A stretch of DNA of 64,000 nt from an uncultured Gemmatimonadota bacterium (GTDB taxonomy: Bacteria; SM23-81; DAOVCL01): the NCBI GenBank assembly GCA_964626665.1, contig CAZVGK010000004.1, positions 1 to 64,000 on the forward strand, given 5' to 3'. Positions 51,601-59,684 of this stretch are shown here, one piece after another. The stretch's first letter is position 1. The number at the start of each line of letters is the position of its first letter. Position numbers and translations under genes: made by a program. Below the pieces are notes generated by a model. It was given only the letters and a program-made list of their open reading frames with translations. It did no database searches and was not told where the DNA came from.

Positions 51601-52145
51601 ATGGAATCCATATAGAACTGGGAGAAATCGTTTACATAAAGCCAACTACCCAGATAATCCTCTCCTCCAGCTCTCAGATCGGCCTGGACAGCATCTATTA
51701 TTCCTTAGACGAGGAAGACTGGCAGGTCTATAGGGAGCCCTTCCCCATCGAGGAGGTGGGATCTCACCTGATCCGCTACTATGGGGTGGACATCCACGGA
51801 AACAGGGAAGAGGTTAGAGTAAGCAAAAGGCTCTCCGTGAGCCAGACCTTGCGAGGGAAGGTCAACAACTATCCCAACCCATTTCGGGCGGGGTGCCAGC
51901 CTACCCATATAGAGTATCTCCTGGAGGAGGCCTCCGATGTGACCCTCACCATATATGATCTTCTGGGGGAGGTCGTCTGGAGAAAAGAGTTTAAGGCGGG
52001 AGACCCGGGGGGAGAGGCTGGAGTGAACCTTTTGGAGTGGTGGGGGAAAAATGGAGCGGGAAAGGTTGTGGGCAATGGCGGATATATCTGCCTGATCAAA
52101 TCCAAACGGGAAGAGCTAAAAAGGAAGATAGCGGTGGTTAAATAG
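45660..52145 (+). CDS. 2161-aa secreted repeat (Ig-like) surface protein with T9SS/FlgD-like C-terminal domain
   Basis: Signal peptide; seven PG(E/Q)..PG..GK.G...AVD.YWN repeats; Big_1-like segment; C-terminal NYPNPF...LTIYDLLGEVV...W.GKN..G..VGNGGY...KIAVVK. Confidence 0.85.
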   Translation: MFKRWLLPLTLLVWWSLAPLAMAYNHLEIVTSGGESDETQSVGFSVIVTARNPDGSIDAGAYPLVSFTSSDLNASLPPNSYLSGGQATFNNLVLNTPGNQTITVSDVYDPTVLEGTLPLNVHRFVDRFDFDIPHGAKDVGFPFQTTIVAKDNTGATNTIFSDNVSLSAAVGRISPSSVLGSSFTNGETTLMVTLYGTDPTTHINSITCTNAISYPGQSELPSGTSENITVNPGSYSTVILLFPGEDLTPGTAPGKSGEPNQQVAGVPFPQVEVKAVDEYWNPVSSHPYPTISFGSTDTLATLPAATSMTSNSESFSGVVLKIAGNQTVTVEEDINYNTSVSTIPIIHSSVDHFTFAQIPSPQTTITPFNVSITAKDAFENRVYSFNSDIALESSTGPYTYTPTLVTLSNGFWSGLVHITKKANNAQLSCDDLAGHTGLSNNFTINAGPFSELLIVLPGETYTPGIPPGRSNPPTPVLTGETVTATIRAVDQYWNQVAGPSVLVPISISSPTGYIESLDDGAQLTQFGIGDYRVIFRTYQGQRIRAVNGFNPDMDDLSSVIIVHSGPYSKLVLAAPGESLDAGTFEPDGKSGSPTTQMAGNKFQIEVAVTDSYWNPIEDPPPYPVIDFATNDPQATLPPGGEAMGSPVQSYPVTLATVGLNWLKATDSNDSDKEDLVNIEVTAGPLDHFRFSQISSPQQVGQPIHQVKVTARDGFGNQVLSFNQEISLLSSTGEGTFTPLSITLTNGEWTGTVTIYRAGTGVELSCEDGMGHSGTSNPFDVLAATYSKILITLPGQDYTPGVAPGKRGSATSTTAGVSIPAMVRAVDQYWNLVPAQPTVNLSTSGYAVIPGNDSRLNPDGTREFQLLFRTAGINSVIAKDVNDTLIADTGAISVSPADFVQIQLLASGETPDPGSPTGKVGSILPQTTGIIFDCGVRAVDEYWNLVPTINGEQIRLSSSDNSLNDNNPPNQGQSFVNGEITFSIYLAHTGLISVTATDLDDMNKTQTVEINVHQGAYYELITPNTVTAGPPASFPMTVRLIDPQTGEPVNASHGFFLIPLLANHDPTDGTLGTTSGILDSGVVVIDHQTYDQVESICIRVWDDYSRETFSNTIRVVAGDVFYHISVPEAATVGPPKTFPVTVELRDAQTGNPITTEDREVKLTIYSASSGEPGTGITDVTTINLIQGRASIQESYTKAEDIYIVATDTLGVRGTSSVFPVDPDGYKKLQLIAPGETSQPGSISESGKSGIPDPQKAGVPFTVLVRAVDQYWNLADTTQSGRIHLSSSDNSLNEENPPDQDQPFVNGERIFNIFLSNAGFVEVTASDNSDPAKLPQVVPIEVREGPHYEITVSDTALAGPPATFFVVVKLIDPQTGERASSSNSFTMTPFLANHDPAHGVLGRTSATLNDGSVTIVDQTYNTVEDIVIRIDDDYGRQEYSHPISITSGGFYYQITVPDSATVGPPSSFPVDITLRDVNTNAVAVTENRELSVVIYSAETGIPGTGSVGVTRVNLERGKADFLQTYTKAEGVFIRVSDSLGLSAVSSVFSLAPDSYKKLQLVAPGEAAEPGSISPTGKSGLPRVETSEVPFVVTCLAVDQYWNLVDVNNGVVHITSSDSSLDGTNPLNQDSPFTNGRVDFEIVLHRQGQIKVTVEDSVNLEKTPQSVDIPVNAATYEITVPTTAVAGPPATFPITVKLINPASGGVVGASHSFIINPFKANHDSTDGNLLVKSGLLENGISVINDQAYDKAEAICIRVRDYLGREAYSPPINIQAGGVYYAVEAPDTATAGPPERFPVTVRLLDANTGNLVTTQDRRVWLQAYSASSGLPGDSLGVGVAQLVEGKVTIQETYAIAEHIYIKVWDDGGLEAVSPPFLIVAGREASLVVTANPVMEGGQTTSLVATLTDAQGNYISNARFSFSVLEGPGSLNSSSGVTNALGQASVELTAWPGSQGIIRVEVSSDLLYKLTEIEVLGPPLTEMSFDGIHIELGEIVYIKPTTQIILSSSSQIGLDSIYYSLDEEDWQVYREPFPIEEVGSHLIRYYGVDIHGNREEVRVSKRLSVSQTLRGKVNNYPNPFRAGCQPTHIEYLLEEASDVTLTIYDLLGEVVWRKEFKAGDPGGEAGVNLLEWWGKNGAGKVVGNGGYICLIKSKREELKRKIAVVK

Positions 52146-52170
52146 TCGAAGTAGAAGCTTAGGAACACGA

Positions 52171-52564
52171 ATGACACGAATAGACGAACCTACACGAATA
52201 GATAAGAAGATTATTCATAAAGAGTTGTCTTTTGCCATTATGGAGGCATCATTTGAGGTGCACAATGCACTTGGTCCTGAGTATTCAGAGGGTATCTATG
52301 AGTCAGCGCTGGTCAAAGAATTCAGAGATCGAGACATCAAATACGAAAGACAAAAACTCATAGAGGTTCGGTGAGAAGATAGGCGAGTATCGATTAGATA
52401 TGGTTATTGAGGGCAAGATAATTCTAGAGTTTAAAGTTGTCTCCGAGTTAAATAAGATCTTTGAAGCGCGGATTCTTTCATATCTAAAGGCCACTGGGAT
52501 GAAGTTAGGGATATTGCTCGACTCTGGAAGCAAGAAGGTAGAATACAAAAGAATAGTAGATTAG
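52171..52564 (+). pseudogene. GxxExxY family protein, frameshifted near 52370
   Basis: EVHNALGPEYSEGIYESAL; second frame GEYRLDMVIEGKIILEFK...ILSYLKATGMKLGILL; flanked by inverted CACGAA tandem repeats. Confidence 0.8.
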
Positions 52565-52673
52565 GATTCGTGCTATTTGCATATTCGTGGGATTCGTGTT
52601 CAAGGCCTTATTTATATAAACCCTAAATTAACCGTATAAAGCCGTTTGGACGGCCTAAACCAAATAGGTGAAA

Positions 52674-53924
52674 ATGAAAAGATACTTAGCATTTGTTCTT
52701 TTTGGAGTTTTGCTTGGTGCCCCCCAGGTCAGAGGAGGGTCGGAGGATGGTGGGCTCCCTGGTGGCTACCTAAGGTGGGGGGCAAGCGCCCGTTGCCTGG
52801 CCTTAGGCGGGGCCTTTGTGGGGTTGGCAGATGATGCAGCAGCCGCCTACTGGAATCCGGCGGGGCTGGAGCAGATCCCATCCACCCAGCTTCTGGTTAT
52901 GCATGCCATTCTGTTCGAGCAAACAACCTACGATCTTTTGACCATAATCCAGCCTACCAGGAAGCTGGGGACATTTGGCTTTGGTGGAGTATGGCTCTCC
53001 TCCGGCTCCTTTGAGCGGACCGATGAGCAGAACCGCCCCCAGGGCCACTTCTCAGATCTGCAGAGTTCTCTCCTTTTCTCCTATGCAAAGGAGTTGGGGA
53101 GGATTTCGGCAGGCTTAAACTTCAAGCTGGTGGGACACAAGCTTGCGGGATATTCCGGATCGGGCACTGGAATGGACCTCTCCCTCACCTATCGCCCCTT
53201 GAGGAACCTGAACCTTGGGTTGAGCCTGCAGAACCTCCTCCAACCCAAGCTCACTCTGATCGAAGAGGAGGAGAGCTTTCCCAGATGCATCAGGGTCGGC
53301 CAGGCGCTCAAGTTCCTCAACCGCAGGCTCTGCTTAGTTACAGATTTAGAAAAGGTTGAGGGACAGGAGCTGCAGGTGCACACCGGGATGGAATATTGGG
53401 TTTTTCCCTCCCTGGCCCTGAGAGGTGGATATGACGGCCAGGTGAGGGAGTATTCCCTGGGAGGTGGGTTCAGGTTCTCCCGCTACCAGGTTGATTACTC
53501 GATGCTAACTCATGAGCTGGGTATCTCCCATCGCTTCTCCTTTATCTGGAGGTTTGGTGTCCCCTACGGGGTGGAATTGACTGTCTCTCCCGGACTTTTC
53601 TCTCCCACCGGTAAAGTTGACCGGGTTAAACTAAGGATAAAGACCTGGGATAAATACCCCATGGAGAATTGGAGACTGACCATTGAAGATCAAAAGGGTA
53701 ATCAGGTGAAAAGCTACCAGGGGGATGAGAACCCGCCTGAGGAGATAGTCTGGGAAGGTGAGGATGAGCTGAACAGAAGCGTGGGGGATGGGGTATACAA
53801 GGTGAAGATTACGGTCAGGGACGGGTTTGGGGATACCTGGGAGGACTCCGATGAGGTGAGGGTGGTCAACTTCCAGGAGGAGAGGGAGGTTCCCATCAAG
53901 ATAAAGGTGAACAGAGGGGATTAG
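52674..53924 (+). CDS. PorV/PorQ (UPF0164)-like outer-membrane protein with C-terminal FlgD-Ig-like domain
   Basis: Signal peptide; GASARCLALGGAFVGLADDAAAAYWNPAGL; ALRGGY, DYS..H.LG.SHRFS; tail FSP...WRLTI...IVWEG...DGVY. Confidence 0.8.
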   Translation: MKRYLAFVLFGVLLGAPQVRGGSEDGGLPGGYLRWGASARCLALGGAFVGLADDAAAAYWNPAGLEQIPSTQLLVMHAILFEQTTYDLLTIIQPTRKLGTFGFGGVWLSSGSFERTDEQNRPQGHFSDLQSSLLFSYAKELGRISAGLNFKLVGHKLAGYSGSGTGMDLSLTYRPLRNLNLGLSLQNLLQPKLTLIEEEESFPRCIRVGQALKFLNRRLCLVTDLEKVEGQELQVHTGMEYWVFPSLALRGGYDGQVREYSLGGGFRFSRYQVDYSMLTHELGISHRFSFIWRFGVPYGVELTVSPGLFSPTGKVDRVKLRIKTWDKYPMENWRLTIEDQKGNQVKSYQGDENPPEEIVWEGEDELNRSVGDGVYKVKITVRDGFGDTWEDSDEVRVVNFQEEREVPIKIKVNRGD

Positions 53925-53926
53925 AG

Positions 53927-56917
53927 ATGAAACTAAAGATCGTTGGAGTTTGTGTTGTCTTCCTCTTGATGCTTTTGGGCCCGGGGAGAGGATGGGCCAA
54001 GCCCATCCCCAGCGAAGAGGATCTTTTCCTCTCTGCTTCCCAGAAATACAGGGAGGAGGAGGACAAGACCCAAGCCTTGAGACAATATTGGCTCTTCTTG
54101 CAGAGCTATGCGAGGAGCAGCTATGCCCCTCCTGCCCAATATATGGTGGCCGAATGTCTCTTTCAGAAAGGGGATTATCAGAGGGCTATCCGGGAGTATA
54201 AGCGGGCAAGGGGTTATCCCTCCAAGGACGAATTTGCCTCAACGAGTATCCTCCTGAGGATGGGTGAGACCTATTTTAATCTAAAGGAATATGGTCACGC
54301 CCTGAACTGCTTTAACCGTCTGATTAAAAATCATTCGAAGTCATTCCTGGTGCCTGAGGCCCTCTACGGGAAGGTGGAATGTCAGATTCAAATGGGGAAA
54401 TGGGAGAAGGCCGAAAAATCCCTGCAAAAGCTGGTTCAATTGAGACCTTCCTACAAGAAAATAGCCAAAATCAGCTTCTTGAAAGGTCTATTACTCTATC
54501 ACCAGGAGAGATATGAGGAAGCCCTCAAGTCCTTCGAATTGGTCCCCGAGGACCGAGGGATCTACTATTGCGGCCGCTGCCTGGAGAACTTTGGGGAGTT
54601 CCTCCCTGCTGTGCAGAAATACAAAACGGTTCTGGACCAATTCCCCCGGAGCGATCTGGCGGACAATGCCTCCTACTCCATCGGGGAGTCCTTCTGGAAG
54701 GCGGGACAGTTCTCCTTGGCCACCGAGTCCTTGCAGCGGATGATCGACCAATATCCCCACAGTCCCTTTGCCCCTTATGCCTATTACCTCTTGGCCTGCG
54801 TTCTCTATCAGTCGGGGAGCCACGAAAAGGCCATAGATCTGCTCTATCCTCTGCCCCAGAAATATCCCCAGAGCCCAGCCATCCCTTTTGTGCAGTATCT
54901 CATTGGAAATAGCTTTTTGGCCCTGAACAGATTGGATGATGCCATCTTTGGCTACACAAAAGTGGCTAAGTCCTCTCCCGACGAAGAGGTTGCCGCTGCT
55001 GCCCAACACAAGATAAGCTGGTGCCAGGGGAAGAAGGGGGAGTTCGTCAAGCTTATCATGTCGGCGGAGGAGTTTACCAGGAGGTTTGGAGGGGATAAGC
55101 TCGCCGGCCGGGTGAACCTCCTCAGGGGAACCTCCTATCTCAAGCTAAGGAGGTTCAAGGAGGCCATAAAGACCTTTGGGAGCATTCTGGACAAATACCC
55201 GGGCACAGAGCTGGCCGAAAAGGCACTCTATCTTTCTATTATGTCCTACTACCTGCAGGGGAACTATGAGAGGCTGGTAACCAACTACAGGTATCTGACC
55301 GACAACCTCTCCCCCTCATCCAGCCCCTGGCGGGCGTTGACCTATTTCTATCTGGGTGAGGCCTATTATCACTTAGGGCTGTGGAAGAAGGCCGAGAGGA
55401 TGTATAGGTTGGTGGTGGAAACCTATCCTCAAAACCCCCTGGCACCATACGCGGTTCAAGGGGTAACAGCCTGCTTTTCTCAGAGAGGAGAGTATGGGCT
55501 GGCCCTCCAGGAGCAGAAGAGGCTCCTGAGCCAGATAGCGGATCAGGATGTCTTGAAGGGCAGTGATCAACTGACCATAGCGGGTATCTACTTCAACCAG
55601 AGGGAGTATGAGAAAGCCCTGAGGCTCTTGGAGGATTTTGTTTCCCATAACCCCAAATCTCCCCAGGTCCCTTCTGCCCTCTTTCAGCTCGGGAGCTGTT
55701 ACTACAGGCTGCGTTACTATCAGCAGGCGGTTGAGAGCTGGAAGAGGCTCATTGATCAACACCCTGATGATCCACAGGTTCCTGAGGCCATCTTCAAGAT
55801 TGCCCAGACCCAATTTGGGCTTCAGGATTACGGCTCTGCCCTTCTCACCTATGGGGAGATCCTGAAGAGAGGGGGAGAAAAAGCCAAGGAGGCCCTCTTC
55901 CAGACCGCCAACTGTTATTACAATATGAAGCTAACTCAGAAGGCAATCGATGCCTACCAGAAGTATATAGACCAATATCCCGATGCTCCCCAGGCAGGCG
56001 CTGCCTTGGAGGGAATTCAGCTATGCTATTATCGGTCGGGTAAGAGCTTAACGGATTTGATCAAGAAATATCCGGGGAGCAAACTTGCCGCTGATGCCTA
56101 CTGGCAGAAGGGGAAGGGGGCTTTTGCCCGAGGAGACTACTCCACCGCCAAGACCTTTTTCCAGAAGGTGGTCTTGAACTTTCCTTTGAGCAAGTCAGCT
56201 CCCCCCAGCCTCTTCTATATGGGGGAATGCCACTATAAGCTAAAAGAATATGACCGAGCAGTGGTCTGTTACCGCAACTTCGTCTCCACCTATCCCCAGG
56301 ACAACCTCAGCCCCCAGGCTAAGTTCAAACTGGGAAATGTGCTCTTCAAACTAAATAAATATAGGGAGAGCATAAAAGTCTACCGGGAGATAGCCGAGAC
56401 GATTGACGATACAGTCTTTGCTCCTGCCTCCCAGTATAATATTGCCCTCTGCTACAAGAAGCTGGCTGGGTGGGGGGATCTGATAAAGGCCTATGAGAGG
56501 TTTGTTCAAAAGTACCCCTGGAGCCCAAAGAGGGACTTCGTCCTGATGGATTTAGGGCTTATCTACCAGCAGAAGCTTAAAGACTACCAAAAGGCAATCG
56601 TCGCCTATCAAAAGGTCCAGCCGGGGGGGGAGGTTAGTTACTCCGAGCTCCATTTCAAATTAGCCGAATGTTACGATAAGTTGGAGAAGGGGGAGGAGGC
56701 CGTCCAGGAATACAAGAGGGTGGCCTCGACGAAACCCACAGCGGATTCATATAGGTTGGCCGCTCTGGCCAGGTTGGGCCAGAAGTATGAGGATCAAGCC
56801 AGATGGAAGGATGCCATAGCCATTTACCAGGATATCCTCTTCAGTGGGGGAAGGAGGGAATGGGTGGAGGCGGCCAGGGAGAGGATTGAGCAAATAAAGA
56901 AGTTGGACAGATTGTAA
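53927..56917 (+). CDS. Large periplasmic TPR protein (BamD/CpoB-type repeats)
   Basis: Signal peptide; many YP.S..A..A.(Y/F)..G repeats over 996 aa. Confidence 0.85.
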   Translation: MKLKIVGVCVVFLLMLLGPGRGWAKPIPSEEDLFLSASQKYREEEDKTQALRQYWLFLQSYARSSYAPPAQYMVAECLFQKGDYQRAIREYKRARGYPSKDEFASTSILLRMGETYFNLKEYGHALNCFNRLIKNHSKSFLVPEALYGKVECQIQMGKWEKAEKSLQKLVQLRPSYKKIAKISFLKGLLLYHQERYEEALKSFELVPEDRGIYYCGRCLENFGEFLPAVQKYKTVLDQFPRSDLADNASYSIGESFWKAGQFSLATESLQRMIDQYPHSPFAPYAYYLLACVLYQSGSHEKAIDLLYPLPQKYPQSPAIPFVQYLIGNSFLALNRLDDAIFGYTKVAKSSPDEEVAAAAQHKISWCQGKKGEFVKLIMSAEEFTRRFGGDKLAGRVNLLRGTSYLKLRRFKEAIKTFGSILDKYPGTELAEKALYLSIMSYYLQGNYERLVTNYRYLTDNLSPSSSPWRALTYFYLGEAYYHLGLWKKAERMYRLVVETYPQNPLAPYAVQGVTACFSQRGEYGLALQEQKRLLSQIADQDVLKGSDQLTIAGIYFNQREYEKALRLLEDFVSHNPKSPQVPSALFQLGSCYYRLRYYQQAVESWKRLIDQHPDDPQVPEAIFKIAQTQFGLQDYGSALLTYGEILKRGGEKAKEALFQTANCYYNMKLTQKAIDAYQKYIDQYPDAPQAGAALEGIQLCYYRSGKSLTDLIKKYPGSKLAADAYWQKGKGAFARGDYSTAKTFFQKVVLNFPLSKSAPPSLFYMGECHYKLKEYDRAVVCYRNFVSTYPQDNLSPQAKFKLGNVLFKLNKYRESIKVYREIAETIDDTVFAPASQYNIALCYKKLAGWGDLIKAYERFVQKYPWSPKRDFVLMDLGLIYQQKLKDYQKAIVAYQKVQPGGEVSYSELHFKLAECYDKLEKGEEAVQEYKRVASTKPTADSYRLAALARLGQKYEDQARWKDAIAIYQDILFSGGRREWVEAARERIEQIKKLDRL

Positions 56918-56955
56918 GTGAGCTAATGACAAGATCCAATCTGAGGGAGGATAGG

Positions 56956-57570
56956 ATGAAGAGGCCTGGTATAATTGTCCTGCCGATTCTATTTTTGAGT
57001 ATTCTGCTGGGATGTAGTCGAGAGGATGCAGTCTCCATCCCAGATGTATCGCCGAAGATGTTGTTGCCCCAATTGGGTGGGTTGGGATTCAAACTCCAGG
57101 AGGCCAATGAGATAGATCATTCTGCATTGTTTAATCTGGCCAAAGATGTGGCCAGTCAGTTTGGCATTCCCGTCTCCCAGCGAGATTTGGATAAGATAGA
57201 TTTCCCCCGGCGAATGGCCATAGGAAAATATAGAGATGAGGCGGGGACGATTACTATAAAGATCTCTCAATTTGAGGATGGAACTACTGCTTATAAGGAG
57301 CTGAAGTCCCACTTAGATAAAGTTAAGGAGCTGGAACGTCTTCTCCGAAGAAGCAAGAGCGTCATAGGTGGAAAACCTGAGAGAATAAGGGTAAACGGTC
57401 AGAAGGCTTATTGGCTTGAATATCTGATGAGACCCAGTAATGTTGGGCTGAGGTATGAATTCCGGCTTATCTGGGCAAATGGGCCTTATCTCTTTGAGGT
57501 TAACTCTTATGGAGAAGAGCCTCGGATGATTGCAGAGGCCGTAGAGATAGCGGGGGAGATTGGACTTTGA
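56956..57570 (+). CDS. Lipoprotein of unknown function
   Basis: Lipobox ILLGC after a hydrophobic stretch; ATG after GGGAGGA. Confidence 0.65.
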   Translation: MKRPGIIVLPILFLSILLGCSREDAVSIPDVSPKMLLPQLGGLGFKLQEANEIDHSALFNLAKDVASQFGIPVSQRDLDKIDFPRRMAIGKYRDEAGTITIKISQFEDGTTAYKELKSHLDKVKELERLLRRSKSVIGGKPERIRVNGQKAYWLEYLMRPSNVGLRYEFRLIWANGPYLFEVNSYGEEPRMIAEAVEIAGEIGL

Positions 57571-57899
57571 ACTCACGGCTAATATATTGACACTCAACCT
57601 CACAATTGTTCACTACTGAGCCCCACAGTGCGGCAAAGCCGTAAAAAAACAAGGGCCACAGATTACACTGACTCTTAGGAACACGAATGACATGAATAGA
57701 TCCAGAATCGAGGTGGCAGAACCCCGATTCTGCCACCATCCTTCTGCCGTCAGAATCGGGGTTCTGACGGCTCGGGAATTTCTATTTTCCGTTTTTCTAC
57801 CCGGCTTTAACCGGTTTGGAATGCTGTGACTCCTGTCACAGCATGCGTCAACAGGAGTTACCACACTCCATAGTGACCTGCACTAAAGTGCGGTGGAAG

Positions 57900-58025
57900 T
57901 TGGAGATTGCTTCGGCTTGCCGCCTCGCTGCCGCTGGGGCAAGCCTCGCAATGACAGACAGGGGGGACCCGTCATTGCGAGGAGCACTTCGCTATTGCTC
58001 AGCACAGGCTCCGCGACGAAGCAAT
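57900..58025. repeat. GTCATTGCGAG...GAAGCAAT palindromic repeat family
   Basis: GAGATTGCTTCG...CTCGCAATGACA and GTCATTGCGAGG...CGAAGCAAT; another copy at about 62123-62217. Confidence 0.65.
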
Positions 58026-58232
58026 TTTGTTCTACCCGGTTTTAGCTGAAGGTTTCCCCAGAGGGTGGCAGAAGCCCTCTTCTGCTACCAAAAAGAGAAA
58101 GATCAAAAAACGGTAACAATTCACGGGATCAGTCTCCAGGGATCAGGGAGTCAGATGCTCTTTCATTCTTCATTTTACATTCGAAGCTTCCCTGACCTCG
58201 TGGGCTGTTAAACCAAACGAAAGGAGAGGAAG

Positions 58233-58871
58233 ATGTTTGAAGGAGTTCAAATTCTTGATCTCTTCAGGGAAAGCCCCATAATGTCCGTTCTCCTGGTCTG
58301 TTCCATTATTGCCTTCACCTTTGCTATAGAGAGGTGGTGGTTTTTCAGGAGGAACAGGATCAATGTGCCGAAGTTTATGGAAAGGGCAAAGGAATTTCTC
58401 AGGAGAAACGAGCTGGATCATCTCTTTGGCTACTGTGAGACCAAGAGGGGACCAGTTCCCAGGATGATCCACACAGCTTTGAGCAACTTGAGCCTATCTA
58501 AGGAGGAGATGGAGCAACTCTTGGATACGACAAAGGAGAAGGAGGAGGTGAAATTCGAGAAAAATCTCTCCATTTTAGGGACCCTGAGCAACATCGCCCC
58601 TCTTCTTGGGCTCTTCGGCACGGTCTTGGGGATTATCAGGGCCTTTCGCGATATAGCGGTTACCGGTTCAGGGGGCTCGGCAGTGGTGGCTATGGGTGTA
58701 GCCGAGGCACTTCTTACCACGGCAGCCGGGATAATTATCGCTGTCGTCTCCACCATCTTTTACAACTATTTTATGCGCCGCATCAGGGTGATGGATGTGG
58801 AGACAGAAGATGTGAGAGTAAACCTCTGGAGGATGTTGAGGGAGGCAAACGGCAACAATGTTCAAAGATAG
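58233..58871 (+). CDS. MotA/TolQ/ExbB proton channel protein
   Basis: IAPLLGLFGTVLGIIRAF, GVAEALLTTAAG. Confidence 0.95.
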   Translation: MFEGVQILDLFRESPIMSVLLVCSIIAFTFAIERWWFFRRNRINVPKFMERAKEFLRRNELDHLFGYCETKRGPVPRMIHTALSNLSLSKEEMEQLLDTTKEKEEVKFEKNLSILGTLSNIAPLLGLFGTVLGIIRAFRDIAVTGSGGSAVVAMGVAEALLTTAAGIIIAVVSTIFYNYFMRRIRVMDVETEDVRVNLWRMLREANGNNVQR

Positions 58872-59283
58872 GTCCATCGTTTCCATAAACATCACCCCTT
58901 TGGCCGACGTGACCATGACTCTGATCGTTATCTTCCTCATCACTATGCCCTACATTATGTGGTCGGGGATTAAAGTCAACTCCACCAGGGCAGTGAAAGA
59001 CAAAAGGATCGTTAAGGCAGCAAAGGAGCCTGAGCCCATAGTGCTTGTTCTCACGGCCAAGGAGGTCTATTTAAACAGGGAACGGGTAAAGAAAAAGAGG
59101 GATCTCGAGCTCCTTTTACGAGGGCTTCTCAAGGAGAGGGCTGACAAACAGGTCATCATCGTCCCAGATGGGGATGTTCTCTTAGGAAGGGTGGTGGAGG
59201 TTCTGGACATAGCTAAACAGAGTGGGGCAGCAAAACTGGCCCTCTTAAAGAGAAGAGAAGGGAGGTTAGCTCTGAGCCAATGA
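58858..59283 (+). CDS. ExbD/TolR protein
   Basis: INITPLADV TM Asp motif; VVEVLDIAK.SG. Confidence 0.9.
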   Translation: MFKDRSIVSINITPLADVTMTLIVIFLITMPYIMWSGIKVNSTRAVKDKRIVKAAKEPEPIVLVLTAKEVYLNRERVKKKRDLELLLRGLLKERADKQVIIVPDGDVLLGRVVEVLDIAKQSGAAKLALLKRREGRLALSQ

Positions 59284-59684
59284 GGGAAGACAAGATTAGG
59301 TCACATATAGATGTATCGCCGGTGATAAATGTCTCCCTGGTGATTGTCCTAACGCTGATGATCATCTCCCCCTTTCTCGGTGAATCCAAGGTAAAGGTAA
59401 AACTACCCCAGGCTACGACAAGTGAGGTAAAAGACCAGGAGAAAGTGGAGATCACCTACTCGGTGGAGGGAGAGCTCGCCGTGGGGGAGGAGATTGTGAC
59501 CTTAGCTCAACTGCCCCATGTGCTTAAAGAGAGGTTTCAGACCAATCCAGGACAGATGGCGGTGATAAAGGCAGACGAGAGAGTCAGATATGAGAAGGTG
59601 GAGAAGATCATAGCTATAGCCAGGGAGTGCGGCGCAGAAAGAATAGCAATAGCCACCGAGCAGAAAAAGGGGAAGGGAAAGTGA
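59280..59684 (+). CDS. Second ExbD/TolR protein (TM Asp replaced by Asn)
   Basis: IDVSPVINVSLVIV, VKLPQA, IKADE.V.Y, IAIAT. Confidence 0.88.
   Translation: MREDKIRSHIDVSPVINVSLVIVLTLMIISPFLGESKVKVKLPQATTSEVKDQEKVEITYSVEGELAVGEEIVTLAQLPHVLKERFQTNPGQMAVIKADERVRYEKVEKIIAIARECGAERIAIATEQKKGKGK

Noticed and set aside
46058-52177. Numerous antisense/alternate-frame ORFs overlapping long genes (here and throughout the window)
   Set aside because: Shadow ORFs of well-supported CDSs, without motifs or RBS
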